This document shows positions 51,255 through 63,943 of a DNA stretch of 64,000 nt, piece by piece (the first letter of the stretch is position 1; the number at the start of each line of letters is the position of its first letter). The stretch is from Octopus vulgaris (Eukaryota). The translations under genes and the position numbers were made by a program. The stretch spans positions 63,674,001 to 63,738,000 of the forward strand of contig OX597826.1 of assembly GCA_951406725.2 (NCBI GenBank), given 5' to 3'. The notes beneath the pieces are model-generated. The model was not told the DNA's origin. It saw only the letters and a list, made by a program, of their open reading frames with translations, and made no database searches.

Positions 51255-52003
51255 ATGTATTCAAACAGGAGCTCATATATATTTATATATATTCACATAG
51301 GAACAGATAAAGACATATTCACATGAATGTACACACACAAATTACAATCCATAAATATACAGTAACGCCCTAGCATTGCCAAACTTTCAAATGATAGTAT
51401 TTATACAAGTCAAATTTTAGAAACATTTCCAACTGGATCACTAAGTCTTGAATATCATTAATTTCTAATTACTCTTGTGAATTTTATAATTAATTTATCA
51501 TCTCTTCAGTGTAATTACACAGCGAAATATTAACAGTAAGCACATTGGCAGACAATGCATTATGCAATATGCAGCAAAATATGCATGTTTCTTAATGTCC
51601 CAATAGAGATGAAATTGTCATGTTTAAAAATTTTAATAAATCTATGATTTTGTAGTCCGTATGCAGTGTCCCTGGGCAAGTAGTTATGACTGACTACCAC
51701 AGTATGTCCAATGAACTAAGCGGTTCTATACCTACTTTAAAGTCGAAGCTATAAAAATGCTGTCTCCAACAATATGTAAATGCAGATTTATAGATAGCAC
51801 CCCAACAATACTAATATGGAAAAATGGATATAATGTAAAAGAATGAAATATAAAGATATAATTTTATCCTGCCCAATTCAAACAAAATTTAGTACAATCA
51901 TTGTAATTAGCTTATCTTTGTATTAAGACTCCAAACTCTAATTCCTTCTAATTCTAAAGAAGCTTTCACAGAACATAGCAAGCCAACTAAATATGTTTGT
52001 ATG

Positions 52004-52215
52004 ATCACCTCATTTTTTTTTTATTGGTTCTTTACTATACCAGGACCATATTTTAAAAACCCTAAACCTTGACCCTTTTACAGCAGAAGTCAAATATATC
52101 CAATCAAAATCACCTCATATTTTTTTTATTGGCTCTTTACTGTACCAGGACCATATTTTAAAAATCCTAAACCTTGACCCTTTTACTGCGGGAGTCAAAT
52201 ATATTCAATCAAAAT
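52004..52215. repeat. ~105-bp tandem duplication (third partial copy ~52428-52460)
   Basis: ATCACCTCAT..CCAGGACCATATTTTAAAAA.CCTAAACCTTGACCCTTTTAC..AGTCAAATATAT.CAATCAAAAT twice. Confidence 0.9.
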
Positions 52216-55200
52216 TTCATTACCCTTAACTAGAGAAATCAATTTTATATACTAATCGTTCTTTTATTGAGAAATATCATGTGTGAATCTATTTTTTGTT
52301 GAGGTGTGTCAAATTTATAGAGGCAGTATGACTTGCAGAAAATACCAATTCTATTTTTGGCAGGCATTTAACGTCATTACCAGAATAACCATGAAATTTA
52401 ATTTCACAGTTATAGACTTATTATGCACCAGGACCATATTTTAAAAACTCTAAATCTTTATCACAATTAACCCAATATAACCAGTAAATATGACCTGAAA
52501 GTAAAATGGACAGTGAAGTGTCATTGTCTACTCAACCATTCAATCTAGAAATACTGACAAGGATTTTACAACACGGTTAATGTTGATAGTACATTGTGAG
52601 TGTATTATTAGCTCTGCTTCGATTTTGCTATAAATGGTACAATTCTTCAGCAATCCGCTGTCATCCATTGTAGTTGGTGACTTATACAAACATCACACTA
52701 ATGTAACAGTTTGCTTTATTGTACAGAATAACTTTGCTCAGCTTCATCATTCACACTTGTCTTCATATTAAGCATGTACAGAGAAGATTTTCACCAAACA
52801 AGCTAATTTTGCACAATGTTTTATTTACTTATACTATCTTAATCCAGTACATACTATTTTTTTCTTTTTTGCACAGAATGCTGCTGCTTTGGTGGAGTGA
52901 CTAATGGGAATTACTATCAAAATCAAAGTCTTATACAACAAAATTCTACCAAACCATGATATATCCAGTTGTATTCCATCCACAATGTGCTACTTACATT
53001 CTAATACTAACAAGTTTCCTTTACTTGTGGTAGGAGATGCTCTTAAAATACACATATTGTATCTAATTTCAATATTTTATTTCTAAGAAAAAAAATATGA
53101 TCCCTCAAAACAACTGATATCCCATAGCAACCTTTCATTTTTTTTTTTTTTTGAAAAAATATACTTAAAATACCAGTATTGTATCTAGTTTCAATTCAAT
53201 ATTTTATTTCTAAGAGAAAAATATCATGACCCTTCTAAGCATATAGTACTCCATAGCACCCCCTTGACATTTGCAAACCTCGTGAGTTAACAACAGTTCC
53301 ACCAAAGGGAGTGCTACCACCCAGGTTACAAGAATTATTTGTTCCACAACCACTTCAAGCACCTTTCCTACATTTCAATTTAAGTGAAGATGTTAACTGA
53401 AATTCCAAACAGATAACTAAGATTTGAATACCAATTTGAATAACTGTCTCACTGAAAATTACAAATATTTCTTTATGTACTGAAGTCAATAATACATATT
53501 TCAAGTCATATCCCTTTCAACCATTAAAAACTAGGGACACTACATTTGCATTATTACTAATAAAGACTTCTTTTTATTTTTTTTTTTACAATCAATATTA
53601 ACTATTTAATGCTTGTGACCATTATGATGAATACTTTTTTCTTTTGTTTCTGTTTCCAGCAGGAAACAGTCATCTGCCGTTTTTACATTCATTTCCAGCT
53701 CAACAGATACTTGGTAGTACTCTCTGAGTCATCCATCCAATATTGACTTTCTTCGGTGTGTCATCCATGGCAACAGAACCACACATGGTAACTTAAGAGA
53801 GGAGCTGACAGATAAGTTGTTTACATCTCTTTGCTAATATTACTTTAGAAGGAAGAAATTAAGTTAGAAAAAAAAAAAAAAAGCAAGAAAATAAACAGGA
53901 AAAGTGAATGAGTGAGAATGTGTGTGTGTGTGTGTGCGAGAAGTACTGTGAAGTTAAAAATGCTTCATATAATATTGCGTGACAATATGTTCTAGACAAT
54001 AAAATACTATGCCAAAACATTCTAAATTATTTTGAATACACAATACAAAAAAAAAAAAAAAAAAAAGGAAAACAAAATAGAAAAGAATGATTAGCATGTG
54101 TTTAAAGAGAACTAATAGCAAGAGTTTTGTATATGTACACATGAATGAAAGGTATGTGAGAAGTGCAATTGTATTCATTTCATTAAAATTTCACATTACA
54201 GAGAGTTTATACTACTGAATACTCAAAAGTAGAGCTGTGTAAATATTACATTTTGAATTGTTGGGCAAAATAAAATGCCCACAGAACACCCTGTAAAGAG
54301 CTTGACAAATGAAAGGAGATAGTCAGCAGATGAGGGAATCTCCCTTTAGTCATGTCATGAAGATTGACACTTGTTCTAGAACTAGTACCACAATAAAATG
54401 CACCCACTGCATTCTGTAAACTGGTTGGCAGATTAGTAGAGATAGTACAAGGTTGAGTCTTATCAAGGACATGACACCTACTTTAGAGATAGCATCACAA
54501 TAAAATGCACTCAGTAAACTCTACAAATTGGTTGACTTAGTTTCTGTAGGCAGATGCCCTTCCAATGCCAAAAATGAAATATACATATGAGATGTGGTCC
54601 TCTGAAAGGAGGAGTAACTCCCAATAACAACTAACTTGGACAGTGATGACCCATCCAACCCATGTCAGGCGTAAAATCAAGTTCCTTATGTACAGTTACT
54701 TCTGTACTGTGGTTTGGTGTTGGAATTCAAGAATTTGGATAATATAGCAATCTTGAACAGACATGTAATAGTTGAGTAAATGGGGGGGGGAGTAGAGCTT
54801 GCTTTTTGTCTTTTCAACTGTTGCCAAAATCTGATGATTATTATTCCCATTTACAGGACCAAGATGAAACCATAGTGCAGAAATAACTACAAGCAATAAA
54901 CATGAATACAAAATGCCTTGAGCACTGCGGTGTTTTACAAGGGAAAAACAAAATCAATTCCCATAGCCATACACATATCCATAGACAAACTCAGATATAT
55001 CAAATAACATACAACATAAATTCTTGGTTTACTAAAATTTTCTCTGCCTCTAAAAGACGCATTATAATTACCGAATAGCAGTTATGACCAACTCCACTTG
55101 AGAATCCCAAGAATTAAGATGTCTCCAAAATTAACATGCCATCAAGGAAAAGACAGGCTTATTGTCTGGAGATATGAAGGTAGTCATGGACACATGTTAT

Positions 55201-55216
55201 GGACTCTATCTATCTA

Positions 55217-55271
<55 letters not shown>

Positions 55272-55276
<5 letters not shown>

Positions 55277-55500
55277 CAAAATAGGACAAGAACGCAAAAC
55301 ATTCAGAAGACGATACAAAAAACACAGACGGGTCATTCGAAGCCTTTATTCTTCAGTCAAGAACCGGATCATCCTCGCAATTTCGGCTATTGTAAAACTG
55401 ATAAAAAGAGTACAATGAACTTGCTGTGAGAAGTGGAAAGCCCAATGTTTCAGACAGAGTCCTTCTTCAGCAAAAATTAGAAAAGAGAGAAGTAAATGAG
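55272..55500 (-). mobile_element. Penelope-like terminal fragments adjoining (TA)n
   Basis: Minus strand CTGAAGAAGGACTCTGTCTGAAAC (55470-55447) and CTGAAGA..CTTCGAA (55356-55336), directly after a long (TA)n. Confidence 0.45.
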
Positions 55501-56984
55501 AGACAGCAGAGTTTTGCAAAGTTTTCCACTCTTCATGGCAAGTTCACTGTACTCTTTTTATTGATTTTACTACATTGTATAAGTCTTGTCAATGCAGAAC
55601 AACACCAGGCTCATTTGAGTCCATTTGATCATATATGTACGTGTGTATGTCTGTGTGTGTGTGTGTGAGAGAGAGAGAGAAAGATAGATATATACACATG
55701 CATATGGATATATATTACACACATACATATTTGCACACACAAAAAGAGAGAAAAATAGACAAAAAGAGAGACAGATAAAAGAAAAAAGAAAAGAGGGAGG
55801 GAAGGGGCAAGGGAGAGAGAGAGGAGGAGAGTGCAAGGGAGGGAGGGAGGGAGGGAGGGAGAGAGTGCTTCAGATTAGCAATTCTAATAAGAATCTGCAT
55901 AAACCATCTGCATAAACTAAAATGTGATATCATCTTAACATTACTCATCGAAGCCAATATGTCAATAATTGTTAACTATTAATTAACAGCTTAATCTTTT
56001 TAGACTCATCACAGAAACATAAAAACTTTAGGATGAAAACCCTTAAAACAATACTAATGTTTCTTTTTCACTATCATCATCATCACCACCATTTAACATG
56101 CATGCCCCATACTTGTAGGGGTTGGATGGTTTGACAGAATCCAGTGAGACCAAAGATTACATCATGTTCCAGCATCTGCCCTTCCTAACACCAACCACTA
56201 CAGTGTGTACATAGGTACCATATGAGGTAACCATGCTGCTCACAAGACTATGAATCCCAAAGGTTTTATGCAAGGAGATGAGCGGTTTGCAAAGCAAGTT
56301 CTTGTCAGAGAGGAGCTACATGGCTACTCACGTTTAGAAGAGAGGATGAAAATAATCAGTAAGAAGTATGATGAAATAAATAAAGGTAATAAGGTGTGTA
56401 GGTGGCCCCTCAAGGTACAAGGTACATAGAATGGAGTGGGAACAGAGAAACTAGGAGTGTGGGTGGGTGACACTTTGCATGAGGTTATGGAAGTGATCGA
56501 GAGATGGAGAGGGGTGGGAAGGTAGGCAACAACTCTAAGGATTGGGTAGGGCTGAACAGTGTATGCTGAGGGTAGTACATAAGGAGCAGAGAAAGACCAA
56601 TGATGCACGAGATGGGGACTACAATTCAATTTAGAAATTCAACCCCAATGCAGCAAATGCTGTTCTTCTAAGTTCCTAGATAACCAAATTGACAACACAT
56701 TCAATATATCACTAATAAATAGAATATTAAACGTTATCTATCAATTTAAAAAGGTTTGCTTTCGTAAACAGAAAGAACACCTGTTGTATATATCAAAGTT
56801 TAAATTTGTACATTTGTATTTTAATTTATGTGATGTCTGTAGCTATAGATTTTATTTAAATTTTATACAATCTTCTGAGTTGAAGAAAAAAAAAATCTAA
56901 GTTCACTAATTTTCTTCCTATCTTTTTTAACTTTCTTCTCCTATTTCAAATAATTCTGCATACTACTTAATGATAGCATGCAAA

Positions 56985-57250
56985 TGCATGTGGCTTAGAG
57001 ATTAGAGTGTTACACTCATGATTACAAGATCATGGTTTCAATTCCTAGACCACACAGTGCATTGTGTTCTTGAACAAAACACTTCATTTCATGTGACTCC
57101 AAACTGCTCAGCTGTAAATGAGTAACCCTGCAAGAGACTAGCATCCTATTCAGGGAGAATGTTGTGATTTCAGTCACTTATAGGTCACAGACACCAGGTA
57201 ACCAGCCCTGTGGTAGCTAAGACTTGGGACAGTAAGATGATGATGATGAT
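56985..57250 (+). mobile_element. Old tRNA-derived SINE with CORE/V-like central domains
   Basis: TGGCTTAGAG..GGTTTCAATTCC head; CTTGAACAAAACACTT..CAGCTGTAAATGAGTAACCCTGCAAGAGACTAGCATCC. Related relic at ~35600-35790. Confidence 0.55.
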
Positions 57251-58499
57251 AAAACTGACCAATTTCTCAAATAAACAAATTGATTTCTTTTAACTAGGGT
57301 TGGAGGTGTTGTTGCTCAATTTACCTGGCCTTTGTATACTTGCTCCTTTAGCTACTGTAAGCATTCAGACAACACCCAAGGTCCCCTTCTCAATGTATTT
57401 TTTTGGAGACATTCACCTCCATCAGTTCAGGGCAAGCATCAACCATAGATATCTCATTTTATAAGCATGGTTCAACATACTTAATAGGCACTACTCCCTC
57501 TTCCCTAAACTGACTTATGAAAAAAACATAACTCATTCCTGGCATTTTACTGAGTATGTGTTTTAAGGAAAGATAAAGTCAAACCTGGTGAAATTTGAAC
57601 TTGGATCCATGAGTGGCAAGGTAAAATAAACTAAACTTATGAACCTGTCATGCTCAATGCCTTAGAAATAAGGTTAAAATATTTAAATCATTTTTTTTTT
57701 TTAAATAACACAAAAACCCATCAATTATTTATATAGTTCACACAAGGACCAATAAGCCAAAGAAAGAAACGCCAAGCTAAACCAAGACAATGAAAGAGCA
57801 TCCATACTGCTGCTTGATCTGCTGGAAATAGCAGCCAAATATTTGCCAAATCACACCCAAACATCTTCAAAGTGGATGAAAACACTGAATAGCAGTGTTT
57901 GGGAGAAAGACTGGATGACCAGAGCCAAAACACCTTTGATCATATGTCTGCTGTTCCAAGGAGGAGTTGGGTTTTAAACAAAAACATCAATAAGTGCCTA
58001 AATATTTGAGTGCAATTATCTATCAATGGTGAACAATTGCATTGACTTCAGGAAAGAAGACTGTGGACATAGGATGTTCATACTCTTATCCAATGGCATA
58101 GGTGAAATGTAATAACTATAACTGGGGTAAAAATTGAAACCATGTTGCAGATTCACAATGCTGAAAGTTTATCACCTACTCAGCATTGCACACCGCAGTA
58201 AAGAAGTTGAACAATGTAAGAAACATGAGAATTCACAATAGAAGGAAGTGGAATGAAAATCTAATTCCAAAATATATCATAATATCACTAGGATCAATAT
58301 GACAGTCAGCTCAATAAACTTGAAAGGGAGAATAAACCAGTATAGATATGCATAAATGCATATGTGTGTGCATATAAGTATATGCATTGTGTGTGTGTTG
58401 AAAATACAATTACGTTCTAGTTATTACAATTTTTCATAATTCTGTATGAGTTGCTTACAATGGATAACAATTGGAGCACTTGAAAATCCAATTATCTCC

Positions 58500-58860
58500 A
58501 GGCTTGTTTTGCAACCATGTAGTTTTGGGTTCAGTCCCACTATGTGTCCCCTTGACAAGCATCATCTATTGTAATCCCAGGTTAACCAATGCTGTGTGAA
58601 TGAACCTGTGAGACAGAAACTGTGTGAAAGCCTGTCGTCGTGTGTGTGTGTGTGTGTAGGCTTTATGTTTATGTTTGTCCCCAACTCCCAATGCTTAACA
58701 ACTGGCGGCATGTCTTACATATGTGTAACTTAGTAGTTCAACAAAAGAGACTGTTAGAATAAGTACCAGACTTAAAAAAATAAAAGCTGGATTTGATTTG
58801 TTTAACTAAAGACTCCAGCAATGGCTGCAGTCCAATGACTGAACAGAAATAAAAGACAAA
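58500..58860 (+). mobile_element. SINE-A degenerate
   Basis: GGGTTCAGTCCCAC head; TGGCTGCAGTCCAATGACTGAAC tail. Confidence 0.7.
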
Positions 58861-58861
58861 T

Positions 58862-59780
58862 GCTGGAAGACACTGCAGAAGAAGCTGACAGCTTCTGTTA
58901 CCTAGGTGACCTAATTAACAAAAGAGATAGGTCTTCTGAAAGCATAGTAACTAGATCAACAAAAGGGTGGAAAAAGTTAAGGATGATATTGCCTCAGCAG
59001 GAAACAAAGGGATTTTTCTCCAAGTGAACAACAGAGTGTATAACATATGCTTATGAAGTGCAACGCTGCATGATAGCAAGACAGGGCATTGAATATAGAG
59101 GATGGGCAAAGGCAAGAAAGAAATGAGAGGTGCATGCTCCATTGGATGTGTAATGTTATAGGGCTTGAATGACAGCACATCTATGATCTGAGAGAACAAG
59201 TGATTGTAACAGTGTAAGAATCATAATGTGTTACAGAAAAGACCAAGGTGATATGGATGTGTTAAAGGCAACGAGCTGGCAGAAACGTTAGCAGGCCGGA
59301 CGGAATGCTTAGCGGTATTTCGTCTGCCACTATGTTCTGAGTTCAAATTCTGCTGAGGTCGACTTTGCCTTTCATCCTTTCGGGGTCGATAAATTAAGTA
59401 CCAGTTACGCATTGGGGTCGATATAATCGACTTAATCCGTCTGTCTGTCCTTGTTTGTCTCCTCTGTGTTTAGCCCCTTGTGGCTAGTAAAGAAATAGTT
59501 ATGGGTGTATGATGTGTATAGAGGATAACTGTTGGATAAGGAAGTACCAAGTAAGTGAAAGAACTGCAGTTGAGGAGGACTGAGGAAAACAAGGGAAAAA
59601 GTGGTGAAAGCTGATCAGAAGAAGCTGAATGAAAATCCCGAAGGAAATAATAATGAAGGGCCACAATAAGGTGCTATAAGGTGCTGGAGTAGACCCATAC
59701 AACCCTTTGTGAGCAAAAAAAATAACATGTAAAAACCATGGTGAAGATGATGACAATGATGATCATGATGATGATGACAA
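58862..59780 (+). mobile_element. RTE (BovB-like) LINE 3' relic interrupted by SINE-B (59265-59498)
   Basis: EEADSFCYLGDLI..SESIV.R..KGWKK.. and MLHWMCNV are RTE ORF2 C-terminal motifs; ends in a (GAT)n-like tail. Confidence 0.7.
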
Positions 59781-60661
59781 AGATATGTTGAAGAATCAAC
59801 TTTAGAATCTTCTGAAATATGACTTCTACTTTGTCATTGTATCACCGAAGAGATACATTGGAAGAGAAACAAAGCAAGCAAGCATATAAGTGAGAGTGAG
59901 AGCATAACTAAGAATAACTGACTGATTTCTCACTCACCACCACCACCACTACCACCGTTGCCACTATCATCCTCTGCAGAGGACGGTAATGTTTCCAAAC
60001 ACACTTTGTTGACTTGTCTATTTTCTACTCTACAAAATTTCTCAATTATTTCAAGTCTTACTGGTTCTATTGATTTCCTCCCTCAACACAACACTGTACT
60101 CTGATTACATTTTTTTTCTTCTTCTTTTGCAAAAGCTGAAATAAATAGAAGCATCTCAAATAATGTTGAGATCAACTGAAATACTATACAAACCTCCATG
60201 AATTGTAACTATTTTGGTACAGAACTAGAAAAGGATTCGCATTATCATGATACTAGTTCTTATTTTAACCCTTTTGAACTCAGTGACACAATGGTTATTA
60301 TTATTGTTACTTAACCTAGTTTAACTCAGTTCAGTTATCTTTGATTGAGCAGACCCATGATCAAACCTATTCCAACCTTAACTGTCCCATCTTTCTTTGA
60401 AATAGTGTATCTAGGAGAAAAGTGTGCCGAATGGTTGTTTTTTGTCTTTTTTTTTAAGGTGTATCAACTTAATAACTGACAGACTTCTCATCCTTTGTCT
60501 TTTCCCTGCTAGCACCACCACCACCTGCACAACATGGCAATGTTTCCAAACACACCTTGTTGTCTTGTCTGTTTCCTACTCCACAAAATTTCTCAGTTTT
60601 TTTCAAGTGGAATTTGAAAGATTTGGCAGCTATTTCTAGCAGATTGAATAACCATGTAGAG

Positions 60662-60903
60662 CAATGGTTCTCAACCAGGATCCATATGGCCCTTGGGTGT
60701 CCATATAAAATTTTGACAATAAAAATTTGTGCAATAAATACCTTATACTTCCACAATATACAAAATATTTCAATTTGTTTTTATACAATTCCTAATAATA
60801 GGAATAATAGCAGTATGATTTTTTTAATATATATACTGAATGGTTATGGAGGTCCAGTAGAAACAAAGGAGTCCACAAGCAAAAAAATGGTTGAGAACCA
60901 CTG
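60662..60903. mobile_element. hAT (Charlie-like) MITE
   Basis: TIRs CAATGGTTCTCAACC / GGTTGAGAACCACTG; TSD ATGTAGAG / ATGTTAAG. Inverted relative to 32117-32375. Confidence 0.8.
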
Positions 60904-61347
60904 ATGTTAAGATTTCTCTCACTGGCATGTGACAATATTTCTTACCAAGATGACAACAAATTAATGAAGTAGCAATATACAACCAACATCACCAGACCCC
61001 ATAATATATTTTCTTTGACTAGGCACAAGACCAGTTTTCACATAAGAGGTATTTACTCAACTGAATCAGTTTCTGAATATTAAAAATACCATATTTGAAA
61101 GCATAAAAGAAACTTGGGCATATTAGACAAACCTACAATTTCAGTAGTGCATATTCAAGAAAAAGTTTTTAGTATCCAGCCCAAATATTCTACCTGTTTT
61201 ATGTTCAAACCAATCAGATCTGGCCTTTTACACCAAAAGGGTTAAAGCTTGTAATAAAGGCATCACTTCACAGATAGGAGCTAGGATGATTTTTGAAACA
61301 TTCTTTTAAAAAAAATGTGTCTCATATACCATCAAATATAGTACATA

Positions 61348-62242
61348 CGAGGGGGTACCCAAAAGAAACCAAAAGTTTGCAACATTATTTTATTCATTTA
61401 GTTTTACATATTTACACTTTTATTGCTTTCAAAGTATTCTCTATTCAAAACAATGCATCGGTCCAGATGTGTTTTCCACTGTTCGATGCTGGAACTCTTG
61501 CAAAATGATGCCTTTTAACATTTCCGTTGTTTTTTTCCCTTCCCCTTTTTCAAATCTGCAAATTCTGTAGCATCAATTTTCATCACCAGTAATGACCTTT
61601 GAAAAGAGGTCCTGATCAGTTTTCAACTGTTCTTTCAGTCCATGAATGGAAACAGACAAGCAGTCATGACTGCTTTTGATCTTCCATGAGCAAGGGAGGC
61701 ACACATTTTGCAGCAATTCTTTTTCATTTGCAATTCCTTGGCAGAAGCTCCAGGACACACCAGTGATATCAACAAGTTCATCAATTGTTCAGTGACGGTC
61801 CTCCAAGATCAGTTCATGAATTTTCATGATGTTTTCATTCTTTAGGAAGGTCAACAACCATCCTGGACAAAGTTGGTCTTCAAGTGACAAGTGACCATTC
61901 CTAAAGCATGAAAACCACTCATAAACTTCTTTTGCTCATGGCAGCATCTTTGTAAGCTGTTTGAAGTATGACAACTGTTTCAGCTGCCATTTTCCCCAGC
62001 AGAAAACAGAATTTCTCAGAAGCATGATGTTCTCTCATTTCAGTCATCACAAAAATTTATGAAAATGGGAGAAGCACTGCAAAACAAAGACACACCACAT
62101 GGCAGTACTATGTCACTCTGTGATGTCAGTCAGTAGACTGATGCCTGAGGTTTGTATCAAGTAGCTTCTAGCAGCAGAAACCTTAAGAACAATGGGCTTA
62201 TCCTAAAGAGAATATTTCTGATTACTTTTGGGTACCTCCTCA
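61348..62242 (-). mobile_element. Internally deleted mariner transposon (~895 bp)
   Basis: TIRs TA|CGAGGGGGTACCCAAAAG and CTTTTGGGTACCTCCTCA|TA. Minus strand encodes a decayed HTH (KFCFLLGKMAAETVVILQTAYKD..EWFSCFRNGHLSLED), then FSKVITGDEN (first catalytic D) joined directly to the C-terminus. Confidence 0.88.
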
Positions 62243-62719
62243 TATTTTGCTGGCACTGTTGGGGTGAAAGAATCACCAAGTTAATTTCAGTAATTTACTA
62301 GCAGACATCCTTTGAAATCTAATGCAAATGGAAGGTGTATTTAGTATTAACAATGTTACCTTGCTGAATACTATGCCTTTGGATATTCTCATGTCTCATT
62401 GCTAGCACAAATGATAAAATACTTTCCAGGTCTCCCTCTAACTGAACTTATATGCCTTGTAGGGGTAAAAACAACCTGCACCAACTTGAAATGTATATTC
62501 CTTCAGTGGTACATACAAACATCTTGGTCAGTTACTAACATGGAATTCATGGAGAAGTAAAATTAAAGTGACATATAGAAACTGGTTATAAATAAATAAA
62601 CACAGTTTTAAAAAACCAACAAGGGAGCCTATCTGGTCACTTAAACTTACTAGAAATAGATAGATTGTGTTTTTACAAATAAGAATGTATTAGACAGCAG
62701 GTCTGCTTTATCAGAGCTA

Positions 62720-63023
62720 ACCTGTTTCTGTCTCTTTGTCACACTGTAACCTTTCATTATCTAACACAAGATCTCCTCCTCCAGTGCCTTCTCTCCTCTC
62801 AAAATTCCTTGTCATGCAAGCTACTTGGTGACCCTGCCAGTGCTGGTGCCACGTAAAAAGCATCCAGACCAAGCTGTAAAGTGGTAGGCATTTGAAAGGG
62901 CATCCAGCCATAAAAACTATGCCAAAACAGACACAGAAGTTTGGTGCAGTCTTCTGCCTGGCCAGCTCCTGTCAAACCGTCCAACCCATGCCAGCATAGA
63001 AAGCAGTTGTTAAATGATGATGA
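62720..63023 (+). mobile_element. SINE-C older copy
   Basis: GCCACGTAAAAAGCA..AAGGGCATCCAGCC..CCGTCCAACCCATGCCAGCAT..TAAATGATGATG. Confidence 0.78.
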
Positions 63024-63566
63024 AATTGCAATGAAAAAACAATTTGTTATAAAAAGGGAAAGTTTGTCAAACAAATATGTGAATATAATTCAAAAAATTT
63101 TAATAAATAGCTAATATTTTAATTCTTTGCATGTCCAACAAGCAACACAGTAACTGCTTCTGAAAAAGGAAGTCTATTCAAATTTATGTATAAAATGGAT
63201 TACTGAATCAACATGGAAAAAGTTGTCCTTTCGTTTTTGTTTTTTAACAATCAACATCTATTTCTGATTATTTCTCTCACCCTCTTCGAATGAAAAATAA
63301 ACAACCCTGAAATAGAATAATCTTTTCCTACCATTATCTAATCTCAGTTTTATGGTCCAGATTTGTTGTGTAAATATTGTCAAAACATCTTCTAACACAC
63401 CCCAACCCACTACCTAACTCATAATCTCAACATTATTTACTAAAAAAAACACTAATTTTTCCCCTTCATTAACATTTTAATGAAGAATTCTAAATCCTCG
63501 CAAAGAACTGTTCAACTTTTATTGCTCCCTAGCACCAACAAACTCAGCATGAAAATAGCCATCAGT

Positions 63567-63580
63567 GTTGCCATGGCAAC
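63567..63580. promoter_or_regulatory. Perfect palindromic RFX X-box
   Basis: GTTGCCATGGCAAC (16-bp palindrome TGTTGCCATGGCAACA) in non-repetitive sequence. Confidence 0.5.
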
Positions 63581-63943
63581 ATGATATTAAAGAAGCAATC
63601 AGCAAAACTTTTAATGCTCTTGTTGTGTTTTACATAATTCTATAATCTTTGGTTAGCAATGATAAATAAAAAAAAAAAGAAAGAAACAGGTACTCTAATA
63701 TATCTTGAAAACTGGTAATTCAAAATAAGCTGAAAAAACAGAAAACTACTTAAATTAACTGACATGGTACTGTTACTATTGTCGTTATAATGAGGCATTA
63801 ATGAGATTTTTAGATGTTTCCACTTGAAAAAATCTTGAAAAATGTTATTCAAAGAATTCTGATATCTGTTCTGTTCTTGAGAGAAAGATTCAATCAAAAC
63901 AGTGCAGATTATTAGCAAACTATACTTTGGTTTTCCTAGTAAT

